Shown piece by piece: positions 8,017 to 15,221 of a stretch of DNA of 28,052 nt (within the stretch, counting starts at the first letter, position 1; every line of letters begins with the position of its first letter). Below the pieces are notes generated by a model that saw nothing but the letters and a program-made list of their open reading frames with translations, made no database searches and was not told the DNA's origin. The stretch is taken from positions 1 to 28,052 of IMG/VR virus record IMGVR_UViG_3300020042_010636. One strand, 5' to 3'. The translations under genes and the position numbers were made by a program. This stretch comes from a virus (Duplodnaviria; Caudoviricetes).

Positions 8017-8883
8017 TCACTTATCCCACCGGATGCAGACCAGGGAAGGGTGGCGCATAGACCCAGAAGGGGTAAGCTGCTGGCAGGAAACTTCAGCCAC
8101 CTTGCCAATGTATTTGGCTGGGTGGTCATACAGGTCTAGGCGCAGGGCATCATCTAACCCTGACCCTACTGCAACCATACTGCCACAGTGGTTAACCAGG
8201 ATAGCACCGGCAGACCCATCAAACCTGCCCTTGCCTGGGGTGAAACCAATAATGGTGCAGTCATAGGTTTCAGATGCCTTCAGTTTAATCCAAGCCTTAC
8301 TGCGCTTGCCTGGGGTGTAAGGGCTATGCACATCCTTCAGCATTACACCTTCCCAGCCCAGCCCAATGGCAGTGTCTAGCAGGGCTTCAGTGTCAATGGC
8401 TTCACTGTCTAGGGTTTCAAACACCGGCACTAGCAGGATGCCATCAGCTGCCAGGTCATCAACACCCACTTCTTCAAACAGGGTCTGAAGCCACAGCCTT
8501 CTTTCACCATAGGGGGTTTCTTCACTGTCAGCCCAGCCTTCCACCATAGGCGCATCAAACACAGCCAGCCTAGCCAGGTCTGCTTCACCACTTTTCTTCA
8601 TCAGCTCACCTACCCCGGTGAAGAAGTCACCTAGGGCAAGGGCTTCACAATCCAGGCACAGGGTAACCCCAAGGTGTTTGCCAATCTTCAGCAGGGCTTG
8701 GGTTAGTTTGCTAAGGCTGGTGATGGCATTGCCATTTCTGGTTTCATAGGTGACCCAGCCCTGGCTTGGGTTGATGGTGACCATTACCCGGATGCCATCT
8801 AGTTTGGGTTCAACAGCCCAGGTCTTACCTGGCTTCAGGTCACCGGTGTGGCTGCTTGCCAGCATAGGTTTGATGGGTAGCAT
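8017..8883 (-). CDS. ATP-dependent DNA ligase
   Basis: EPKLDGIR (KxDG adenylation motif), EGVMLK, WIKLK, OB-fold VGSG and SMRHP. Confidence 0.95.
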   Translation of the reverse strand: MLPIKPMLASSHTGDLKPGKTWAVEPKLDGIRVMVTINPSQGWVTYETRNGNAITSLSKLTQALLKIGKHLGVTLCLDCEALALGDFFTGVGELMKKSGEADLARLAVFDAPMVEGWADSEETPYGERRLWLQTLFEEVGVDDLAADGILLVPVFETLDSEAIDTEALLDTAIGLGWEGVMLKDVHSPYTPGKRSKAWIKLKASETYDCTIIGFTPGKGRFDGSAGAILVNHCGSMVAVGSGLDDALRLDLYDHPAKYIGKVAEVSCQQLTPSGSMRHPSLVCIRWDK

Positions 8884-8887
8884 AGGG

Positions 8888-9076
8888 TTATTTGCGCTTG
8901 CTGGTGAATAGGGAACACAGGCTGATACCTAGCACCACCGGGATAAGGATGGTGAGGAAGAAAAGGGCTAGCCCATAGCAGCCCTGGTTGAAGTCAGCCT
9001 GGGTCAAGGGCTGGTCATAAGCAGCCCGGTGGTTAGCGGGTGTGGTAGTGTGTGCTTTCATAGTGTGGGTTGTCAT
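8888..9076 (-). CDS. small membrane protein (early region)
   Basis: ORF track; one TM helix and basic C-terminus; MTTHTM leader. Confidence 0.6.
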   Translation of the reverse strand: MTTHTMKAHTTTPANHRAAYDQPLTQADFNQGCYGLALFFLTILIPVVLGISLCSLFTSKRK

Positions 9077-9116
9077 AGGTAGGGTTAGGGAAAAGGTTAG
9101 TGCTTAGTGATGCGCC

Positions 9117-9539
9117 TTAAGCTTGGGGATGATGGGCAATGTTCATCAGGTCAGAAAAGATGCTGATGATTGTCTGGCAATCAATCTGCCTGTGCATCAG
9201 GTGAAGCTTCTGGTTGGCAAGCTGCTTGCCTTCCTTTGTTTCAAGGTCACCCCTGGGCATTGCCTGGTGCTGAGCCTTCAGGCTTTCAAATTCAATGGTG
9301 GCTGCACTGATGTAATAGGCAATGACCTGCTGGTTGCTGATGACCTGGCTGACAGCAGTGCCGGTTTCCAATCTGCGCAGCATCATCATTGTCAGATGGT
9401 TCACAGTGCCTGTCCGGTGGGTGTTGCCATAGTGCCTGAAGCCATTGGAAGCATACCGGATGCCAGCCTTGCGCAGTGCCAGCACCAGACCGGCTAGCAC
9501 CGGATTGGTAAGGGTGGGGATGTTTTGATTGTTAGGCAT
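9117..9539 (-). CDS. hypothetical early protein
   Basis: ORF track. Confidence 0.6.
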   Translation of the reverse strand: MPNNQNIPTLTNPVLAGLVLALRKAGIRYASNGFRHYGNTHRTGTVNHLTMMMLRRLETGTAVSQVISNQQVIAYYISAATIEFESLKAQHQAMPRGDLETKEGKQLANQKLHLMHRQIDCQTIISIFSDLMNIAHHPQA

Positions 9540-9577
9540 TTTCGTTTTATCAGGTGAAGGTTATGGGCTGGGGCTAA

Positions 9578-9964
9578 TCACTTAGCCCAGGTGATGCCAA
9601 AGGCTTTGTTCCAATCACCCACCAGGCTACCCCTTTTGACCAGCCCACATTCATTGTAACTAGCACCCCTGTAGTAAGTGCGCAGGGAAGGGGGTAAGGG
9701 CTTGTCACCTTTAACACCCTTAGTGTCCCTGTGCCACTTCCAATAGGTCAGCTGTTCCTGGTGCTTCTTCTTAATGCCAAGGGCATCCACCAGCAGCTGA
9801 CTGTTGGCAGGGCATTGGGCAATCAGGGCATCATCTTCAACCATCCAGGCTTCCAGCCGGGTTACCCAGAAGGGTGCAGCATATTCAATCTGACCGGGTG
9901 ACCAGGTCTTTAGGTCAGCAGGGTTAGCAGGGATAGTGGGGATAATCATAGGGTGTGTGGTCAT
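9578..9964 (-). CDS. hypothetical early protein
   Basis: 3' part of ORF-track 9578..10180; start reassigned to the MTTHPM leader (ATG 9964 or 9949). Confidence 0.65.
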   Translation of the reverse strand: MTTHPMIIPTIPANPADLKTWSPGQIEYAAPFWVTRLEAWMVEDDALIAQCPANSQLLVDALGIKKKHQEQLTYWKWHRDTKGVKGDKPLPPSLRTYYRGASYNECGLVKRGSLVGDWNKAFGITWAK

Positions 9965-9974
9965 AGGTGGAAAG
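9946..9974 (-). repeat. 29-bp start-associated repeat, copy 1
   Basis: TCATAGGGTGTGTGGTCATAGGTGGAAAG (+ strand), identical at 11160-11188, one mismatch at 10621-10649. Confidence 0.9.
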
Positions 9975-9976
9975 TG

Positions 9977-10009
9977 GATGGTCAGTGGTGGGTTGTCAAA
10001 TGGTTTGTG
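9977..10009 (-). promoter_or_regulatory. 33-bp repeat containing TTGACA, putative early promoter
   Basis: Identical to 10885-10917; TTGACA on the minus strand at 9994-9999; -10 element not canonical (CACTTT at 17 nt). Confidence 0.65.
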
Positions 10010-10010
10010 A

Positions 10011-10259
10011 TTAGCCCCGGTCAGCCCGGTCATCAATCTGGTCAGCCAGAAGGCGCAATTGTTCAGCAATCGGCCATAGGCAAGCACCACCATTGGGAAG
10101 CCTATAATCTTTATTGATAAGAGTAGCTGCTTCTTCAAAGGCTTCTTCAAAGCAGTCAGCATTGGTAAAGGAAGGCGCAAACAAAGCCTTCACAAAGGCA
10201 TCCACTTCAGCCGGGTTGGGTTCATAAGCCTTTAGGCTTTCATTGTAATCAGCAGACAT
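10011..10259 (-). CDS. hypothetical early protein
   Basis: ORF track 10011..10307; CCTATG at 10259 (MSADYN) preferred. Confidence 0.6.
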   Translation of the reverse strand: MSADYNESLKAYEPNPAEVDAFVKALFAPSFTNADCFEEAFEEAATLINKDYRLPNGGACLWPIAEQLRLLADQIDDRADRG

Positions 10260-10294
10260 AGGTTTTAGGTATTGGGTTGGGTTATCTGGGTGGG

Positions 10295-10639
10295 TTAGGA
10301 AATGCAAAGGTAGTGGTGACCATAGGAAGAAACAACCCGGTGGGTGTGCTGCTTCTGGATTTTCTTAAAGCAAGTGCTACCCACAGAATGAAGCCCCAGC
10401 GCATCTGGGAAGGTGTTGCTCAGGTATTCAATGCAACCTTCAGCTACCTTCTGCCCAGCCAGGGCTTCAAGGGTTTCCAGGCTGCAAGGCTGACCCTGCC
10501 AGGAAACAAGCCAATGCTTGCCTTCAGACTTCCTGCCACAGCAGTAGCAGGTGTAGTAACGAACCACCACACTAGGCTTCTTAGCCTTACCGGTGTAGGG
10601 GATAATGTTGCGCAGGGTGGTCATAGGGTTTGTGGTCAT
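10295..10639 (-). CDS. hypothetical early protein, possible Zn-ribbon
   Basis: CYCCGRK ... VGSTCFKK Cys motifs; MTTNPM leader. Confidence 0.6.
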   Translation of the reverse strand: MTTNPMTTLRNIIPYTGKAKKPSVVVRYYTCYCCGRKSEGKHWLVSWQGQPCSLETLEALAGQKVAEGCIEYLSNTFPDALGLHSVGSTCFKKIQKQHTHRVVSSYGHHYLCIS

Positions 10640-10649
10640 AGGTGGAAAG
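10621..10649 (-). repeat. 29-bp start-associated repeat, copy 2
   Basis: TCATAGGGTTTGTGGTCATAGGTGGAAAG. Confidence 0.9.
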
Positions 10650-10657
10650 GGGAAGGG

Positions 10658-10858
10658 TTAGCCCTGCCGGTGTCCGTAGCTTAGGCTTTCATTGACAGCC
10701 TGGCAGCGCAACCTGTTCAGCTTCCGGTCAATAACCTTCTTAGCCATAGGGTTATTGGCTAACTTGCGCTGGGTCTGGTAGAATTCAACGCTGCGCTTAG
10801 TGCTTGGAAGCACACCTGGTAAGGCAATGGCTTCAGTAATGGTGGGGAGTTTAGTCAT
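10658..10858 (-). CDS. small basic early protein
   Basis: ORF track; follows a promoter repeat. Confidence 0.6.
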   Translation of the reverse strand: MTKLPTITEAIALPGVLPSTKRSVEFYQTQRKLANNPMAKKVIDRKLNRLRCQAVNESLSYGHRQG

Positions 10859-10884
10859 AGTCGGGTTGTCTTAGGTGTTAGGTT

Positions 10885-10917
10885 GATGGTCAGTGGTGGG
10901 TTGTCAAATGGTTTGTG
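10885..10917 (-). promoter_or_regulatory. 33-bp repeat containing TTGACA, putative early promoter
   Basis: Identical to 9977-10009; TTGACA at 10902-10907. Confidence 0.65.
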
Positions 10918-11178
10918 TTAGGCAATTTCAAAGGCAATTTTAAGGGCATCCAATTTGGCTTTAAGGGCAGTGCGCTGGGCAGTGGAAACCTTCAACATTT
11001 CAGCAGCCCGGACAGCTTCAATGCTGGGCTTACCATTTTGCTTTGTGTAGCCAGAATACATCTGGTTAATGTGGATGCAGCCATCCAAGCGGGAAATGTT
11101 TAATTCAATCTGTTCAATGGCAAACAGGATGGCAGTTGCTTGGGTTTTAGTCAGGGTGGTCATAGGGTGTGTGGTCAT
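10918..11178 (-). CDS. hypothetical early protein
   Basis: ORF track; MTTHPM leader. Confidence 0.65.
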   Translation of the reverse strand: MTTHPMTTLTKTQATAILFAIEQIELNISRLDGCIHINQMYSGYTKQNGKPSIEAVRAAEMLKVSTAQRTALKAKLDALKIAFEIA

Positions 11179-11188
11179 AGGTGGAAAG
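11160..11188 (-). repeat. 29-bp start-associated repeat, copy 3
   Basis: Identical to 9946-9974. Confidence 0.9.
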
Positions 11189-11202
11189 GTTGGGTGCTTC
11201 CG

Positions 11203-11225
11203 GGTGGGTTGTCAAATCGTTTGTG
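11203..11225 (-). promoter_or_regulatory. third TTGACA repeat, putative early promoter
   Basis: Minus strand CACAAACGATTTGACAACCCACC, one mismatch to the matching part of the 33-bp repeat. Confidence 0.6.
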
Positions 11226-11450
11226 TTAGGCGCAGTGGTTGGCAGTGTGGTGGTTAATAATGTCCAGGCTACCCATAGCATTGCTAAGATTGTGCGCCTT
11301 CCGGTAAGCAGTCAGGGCATCATCAATAGCCTTATCCATAGCCTTGCGCTCAGCCTGGGTTGCATCTTTCCATTTGTTGCTGGCAGTGTTCCAGGCAGTG
11401 CTAAGGGTTTCAGCAGCCAGGGTTTGTTGGGTGGTCATTTGTTTTTTCAT
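11226..11450 (-). CDS. small helical early protein (first gene of the early array)
   Basis: ORF track; CCTATG start. Confidence 0.6.
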   Translation of the reverse strand: MKKQMTTQQTLAAETLSTAWNTASNKWKDATQAERKAMDKAIDDALTAYRKAHNLSNAMGSLDIINHHTANHCA

Positions 11451-11477
11451 AGGTGTTAGGTTGTTTGGAACATCAGC

Positions 11478-11515
11478 ACACTAGCCCCCTGCCTTTCCCT
11501 TAGTCAAACAGTTTG
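11478..11515 (-). promoter_or_regulatory. putative sigma70-type promoter at the head of the early array
   Basis: TTGACT-N18-TAGTGT, with the palindrome CAAAC-A-GTTTG (11505-11515) overlapping the -35 box. Confidence 0.55.
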
Positions 11516-11557
11516 TAAGGCTATCTGTTATAACCAGCCAGGGGGATTTATAACGCC

Positions 11558-11716
11558 TTAAGCCCCCTGTTTCCGCAGGGTCTGCCGGGCTTCCTGCCTT
11601 TTCCGTAGCCATAGCAGCTTAGCCAGCCGGTCAGCCTGGGGCTTCTCCTTAGCCTTCCTAGCCTTTCTAAGCAGGGCAGTCAGGTCATTGATGGTTAGCC
11701 TAGGGCTGGGCTTCAT
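11558..11716 (-). CDS. small highly basic protein (52 aa)
   Basis: Hand translation MKPSPRLTINDLTALLRKARKAKEKPQADRLAKLLWLRKRQEARQTLRKQGA*; below the ORF-track cutoff. Confidence 0.5.
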   Translation of the reverse strand: MKPSPRLTINDLTALLRKARKAKEKPQADRLAKLLWLRKRQEARQTLRKQGA

Positions 11717-11756
11717 ACCCGCCTAGGAAGCCAAGCCAGCCACCAGCAAGCAAGCA

Positions 11757-12110
11757 TTAGTTAGCCTTAGCCTTACCCCTACCCCAGCCGGTCATCTTCC
11801 AACCCAGCGCAGCTGCAATCATACAGCACGAAACCCCTAGGGCTAGGCTTACATCCCGGCAGGTCATCAGTGCCTGGGTTGCAGTGTTCAAATTCCTTTC
11901 AAGGTTTTTATCATCAGCCACAAAGGTTTGCCCAGGTATGTCTGTTATCAGCAGTGCCATTACATTGGATGACCGGATGCTGGTTAGGATGAAGTCAGCA
12001 GTTAGGTAAACAGTTAAGGAACACAGACCGGTAATGATGATGCACCCTATTACTGCCAGGAGTAGATTGGCTGGGTGCATCCCATAGGGTCTGGTTTCCT
12101 GGTCTATCAC
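11757..12110 (-). CDS. two-TM membrane protein (lysis cluster)
   Basis: Two hydrophobic helices and basic tail; GTGA overlap with the holin stop. Confidence 0.65.
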   Translation of the reverse strand: MIDQETRPYGMHPANLLLAVIGCIIITGLCSLTVYLTADFILTSIRSSNVMALLITDIPGQTFVADDKNLERNLNTATQALMTCRDVSLALGVSCCMIAAALGWKMTGWGRGKAKAN

Positions 12111-12487
12111 TTTGTTTTCTTCTTCTTCTTCTTAGGTGGCTTGCTGTCTTTGCTCAATCCCTTTTGCGCTTCCTGAACTTTGCCCTGCATCTTAGCCTTC
12201 AGGAAGTCTAGACCATAGCTAAGGATTTCCGGTGAAGCAAACCCGGCAATGCCACAAATGCACACCCGCAGGTTTTCTGACTGCACATAATCCTTAGCTG
12301 CGAAGTTAACGAAATAGGCAGTGACGCAGGCAGCTAACCCAGACCTAACCAGGTAACCCCAGGTAGGCTTGTCTGTGGACAGAAGCTGTCTGGAAATCAT
12401 AGCAGCCCCACCTAGCGCAGCTGCAATGACACCCTGCTTAAACGCATCATCAGATGTGACTGCTTCAAATGTTGGGGCTGCTGCCAT
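12107..12487 (-). CDS. putative holin (LydA-like)
   Basis: 2-3 TM segments, GIAGFAS motif, poly-Lys C-terminus; located after the tail fibre. Confidence 0.6.
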   Translation of the reverse strand: MAAAPTFEAVTSDDAFKQGVIAAALGGAAMISRQLLSTDKPTWGYLVRSGLAACVTAYFVNFAAKDYVQSENLRVCICGIAGFASPEILSYGLDFLKAKMQGKVQEAQKGLSKDSKPPKKKKKKTK

Positions 12488-13253
12488 TGTCCGGATGGTT
12501 AGGTTGTTTCACTATTGCACCAGCAGTCACATCCACCGGCACAGGCACAGGCTTCAGCCACCGGTAGGTTTTAACACCCATAGCCAGCAGACCCTGCAAG
12601 GCTGCAACAGACAGGGTAACCCCAATGACCCAGGGGAAATAATTGCTTTCAATGACCCAGGGCAAAGCAGCTGTCATCACCCCACCCAGAACCACTAGAC
12701 CGGCAGACAGTTTGTTTACCCCTACCCAATGCCCAAAGGCTAGCAGTAGGACACCCAGGGCAATCATCCCTGCGCCTAGACCGGTCAGGATTAGCAGACC
12801 CTTTTCCTTCCGGGCTGCTTCCAATTCAATCTGCTTATCATCACAGTGTTTCTTAAGCGCAGTAATTTCTTCCTGGGATTGTTTCTGCTGGGCTTCCATC
12901 TTTTCCCATAGGCTGTCTAGGTCAGCCTTCAGTTTCTGTCCGTAAGCCACAGCTTCCACATAGGCTTTAGGGTCACCTGCCATCCGTTGCCTAGCATAAG
13001 CCAAGTCACCTGGCTGGGGGTTGGGCAGGTAGGCAGCTGCCACTGATAACTCTGCTTCAACCTTATCTGGCTTCCCGGCAGTGTTGGCTTCCCTGGCAAC
13101 CTGGACAGCAGAAGCAACCCGGCTATCAGCCTTATCTAACTTAGCCCCAAAAATTTCAGTGGTCTGGGTCTGGGCTTCCGGCTGTGGGTCTGGCTTAACC
13201 TGGGGCTGACAGGTCTGGAACAAAGCCACCACTGCCAACATAGCCAGGCGCAT
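12465..13253 (-). CDS. lipoprotein-like coiled-coil protein with three C-terminal TM helices (spanin candidate)
   Basis: Signal MRLAMLAVVALFQTC, helical/coiled-coil middle, three hydrophobic segments; adjacent to the holin. Confidence 0.55.
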   Translation of the reverse strand: MRLAMLAVVALFQTCQPQVKPDPQPEAQTQTTEIFGAKLDKADSRVASAVQVAREANTAGKPDKVEAELSVAAAYLPNPQPGDLAYARQRMAGDPKAYVEAVAYGQKLKADLDSLWEKMEAQQKQSQEEITALKKHCDDKQIELEAARKEKGLLILTGLGAGMIALGVLLLAFGHWVGVNKLSAGLVVLGGVMTAALPWVIESNYFPWVIGVTLSVAALQGLLAMGVKTYRWLKPVPVPVDVTAGAIVKQPNHPDNGSSPNI

Positions 13254-13257
13254 TGGC

Positions 13258-13398
13258 TTATTTCTTCAGTGCGTCCAGGGCTGTCTTAGCCTTCTGTTCT
13301 ACAGCTTGAAGTTTAGAAACATTGTTCCTGTAAAGCAGGATGCCGGTAGCTGCACCCAGAAGAAAGAAAGTGACAGAAGAAATGAGAAGCAGAAGCAT
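13258..13398 (-). CDS. small single-TM protein (46 aa)
   Basis: CCTATG at 13398; TM helix followed by an amphipathic basic helix. Confidence 0.65.
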   Translation of the reverse strand: MLLLLISSVTFFLLGAATGILLYRNNVSKLQAVEQKAKTALDALKK

Positions 13399-13405
13399 AG
13401 GTGTA

Positions 13406-13582
13406 TTAGTTAAGGTTTGAATTGAGTAAGGTCTGCAAGGCACTTTCTGTGCTGGCTGAATAAATTGTTACATCATCAATGTGGGTAAGGGTATGCCCTG
13501 CTAAAACCTTACCAATCACAGTGGCTTTATTATCATAAATAAAACCAATGAAACAATCAGTGGCTGCTGTGTAGGTATTCAT
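13406..13582 (-). CDS. small protein after the tail fibre (58 aa, possible fibre-associated chaperone)
   Basis: Hand translation MNTYTAATDCFIGFIYDNKATVIGKVLAGHTLTHIDDVTIYSASTESALQTLLNSNLN*; starts 2 nt after the fibre stop and fills the gap. Confidence 0.55.
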   Translation of the reverse strand: MNTYTAATDCFIGFIYDNKATVIGKVLAGHTLTHIDDVTIYSASTESALQTLLNSNLN

Positions 13583-13584
13583 AA

Positions 13585-15195
13585 TTAAATTACTGTAAAG
13601 GCTGAGTCACCTGTGCTGTCAATGACTCGGATTTTAAAGGCGTGGGCTGTGTTTGTGTTCATCCCATTAAAATAAACAGTGTTGCCAGAATGAATTAATG
13701 AAGCATTATAAACACTTGTAGTGGTATTAAAGATACCCCAATTACCTACCCCAATGTTAACCATCATTCTGGGGATTGTAGTCCCCCAGCCAAAGCCCAT
13801 TGCTGCATTTGCCCTATCAATGGAAATCACTTCAGAAGCAATGATGTTTGCCTTAATTTTATTAGGTTCAGCTACTGCCCTGGTAACATAGAAGGTGGTA
13901 GCAATTTCTGCGTTGTTTGATGAAGCAAGCTGTGATGGTGCTAGTGGGTAACCTGTGAAACTTGGGCTGGATAAAGCTGCCTTTAGTGCCAAAGCAGTGT
14001 CAACCTGTGCAATGCTGTAAACGCTAAGATTTGTCCGGGCTGTGGTAGTGCTTCCTAGGTCAGAAAGGTTATTAGTTTGGCGCAGATAGCGACCATCAGC
14101 AGTGGCTTCAGTTAAAGGTGTTTCAAGTGGTGAAATGCTTAAAGCACCTTCATCAATAACAGCTGACTTAAGGGTGCAGGGGATTTGTAGAATTGTCTGC
14201 TTTGAAGCACCATCTGCAATTTCCACTTCCAAGGTGGTTTCAATGCTTTCAGCACCATCAAGATAGCTGATGGCATTGGCTGTGTTAATGTCAAGGTCAC
14301 CCTGGAAGCCAGCAAAGGACAGCAGCCCTGCACTGCTTGCAGTCATACCGGCTGTGTTAGGCTGCACAGTTACTGCAATGTCATAGGCAAAAGCCCCAAC
14401 CTGTTGCACTGTAACCTTATCAGCCAGGGCATTAATGCTTAAGGCGTTTTGAACATCCAGGGCTGTGCTTCCTACAGCAATGGAAGCAGTGCTTACATCA
14501 GTGCCTGTAAGCGCATCATAGGCTAGGCCAAATGTTCCACCCTTTGGGTCAGGGCTAATAGCCAATCGGTAAACAGCCCGGCTACCATCCCAGGCTGACA
14601 GGGCAGTTACTGTTGCAGTGCTGGCAGTAAGCGCACTGAAGGAAGTGGCAAGCGCAGCCACATTTTGTTGAAGGTGAACCAGGACAATTTCAGGGTGTGT
14701 AGCATCACCTTCCTGCAAAACGGAAATGCCAACACTGCTAAGGGGGATGAGCGCAAAAGCATCACCGGTGAAAAGCCCCCTGCTACCATTGGTAATAAAT
14801 TTGATGGCATAGTTATCCCCAACCTTAGTAACAGTTACATCACCGGCTGCTGTGATGGAAGCCAGCTGATTAAGCTTAGTTTCCATAAAGGCAGCTGTGG
14901 TATTGTAATCCATTACATTGGTAGTGTTACCCCCAAAGGTAAGGGTGAAGTGACCGGCAGTGGGGCTAGCATCGATTTTGCCCACAGCAATCCGGATGCC
15001 AGGTGTTCCAAGCCCAGACACTTCCTGCCGGGGGTAAGACCCTAGCCCGGTTTCCTCAATAAAGAAGATTTGCAGCTTAGCCAGGTCACCTAGGAAGAAG
15101 GAAGGATTACTGACCGGGCTGGTGCTGGAAAAGTTGGGATAGGCTAAAGCAGCCTTAACATCAATAAACAGTTTATGTGTGGTAGGTAATGGCAT
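13585..15195 (-). CDS. tail fibre / receptor-binding protein
   Basis: A/T/S/G-rich; NNLSDL..TARTNL and SPSFTGYPLAP...IATTFYV fibre motifs; last large tail gene. Confidence 0.75.
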   Translation of the reverse strand: MPLPTTHKLFIDVKAALAYPNFSSTSPVSNPSFFLGDLAKLQIFFIEETGLGSYPRQEVSGLGTPGIRIAVGKIDASPTAGHFTLTFGGNTTNVMDYNTTAAFMETKLNQLASITAAGDVTVTKVGDNYAIKFITNGSRGLFTGDAFALIPLSSVGISVLQEGDATHPEIVLVHLQQNVAALATSFSALTASTATVTALSAWDGSRAVYRLAISPDPKGGTFGLAYDALTGTDVSTASIAVGSTALDVQNALSINALADKVTVQQVGAFAYDIAVTVQPNTAGMTASSAGLLSFAGFQGDLDINTANAISYLDGAESIETTLEVEIADGASKQTILQIPCTLKSAVIDEGALSISPLETPLTEATADGRYLRQTNNLSDLGSTTTARTNLSVYSIAQVDTALALKAALSSPSFTGYPLAPSQLASSNNAEIATTFYVTRAVAEPNKIKANIIASEVISIDRANAAMGFGWGTTIPRMMVNIGVGNWGIFNTTTSVYNASLIHSGNTVYFNGMNTNTAHAFKIRVIDSTGDSAFTVI

Positions 15196-15207
15196 TGGCT
15201 TCTTCTA

Positions 15208-15221
15208 TGCAGAAAGGTCAA
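15208..15221 (-). promoter_or_regulatory. late-gene motif TTGAC-N5-TGCA
   Basis: TTGACCTTTCTGCA, 12 nt before ATG 15195. Confidence 0.45.

Noticed and set aside
9965-10180. N-terminal extension of the 200-aa ORF (likewise the extensions of 7674-8129, 18722-19441, 21157-21528 and 13258-13443)
   Set aside because: The extensions overlap upstream genes, promoter repeats or the spacer after the capsid terminator; downstream ATGs fit the gene packing better.
9946-11225. CRISPR array interpretation of the 29-bp and 33-bp repeats
   Set aside because: The repeats are hundreds of bases apart and separated by whole ORFs; no cas genes.
10011-11232. Integron attC-like cassettes, because early genes end in GCCTAAC/GGCTAAC (resembling the RYYYAAC box)
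   Set aside because: No matching downstream GTTRRRY on the same strand, no long imperfect palindrome and no integron integrase in the window.
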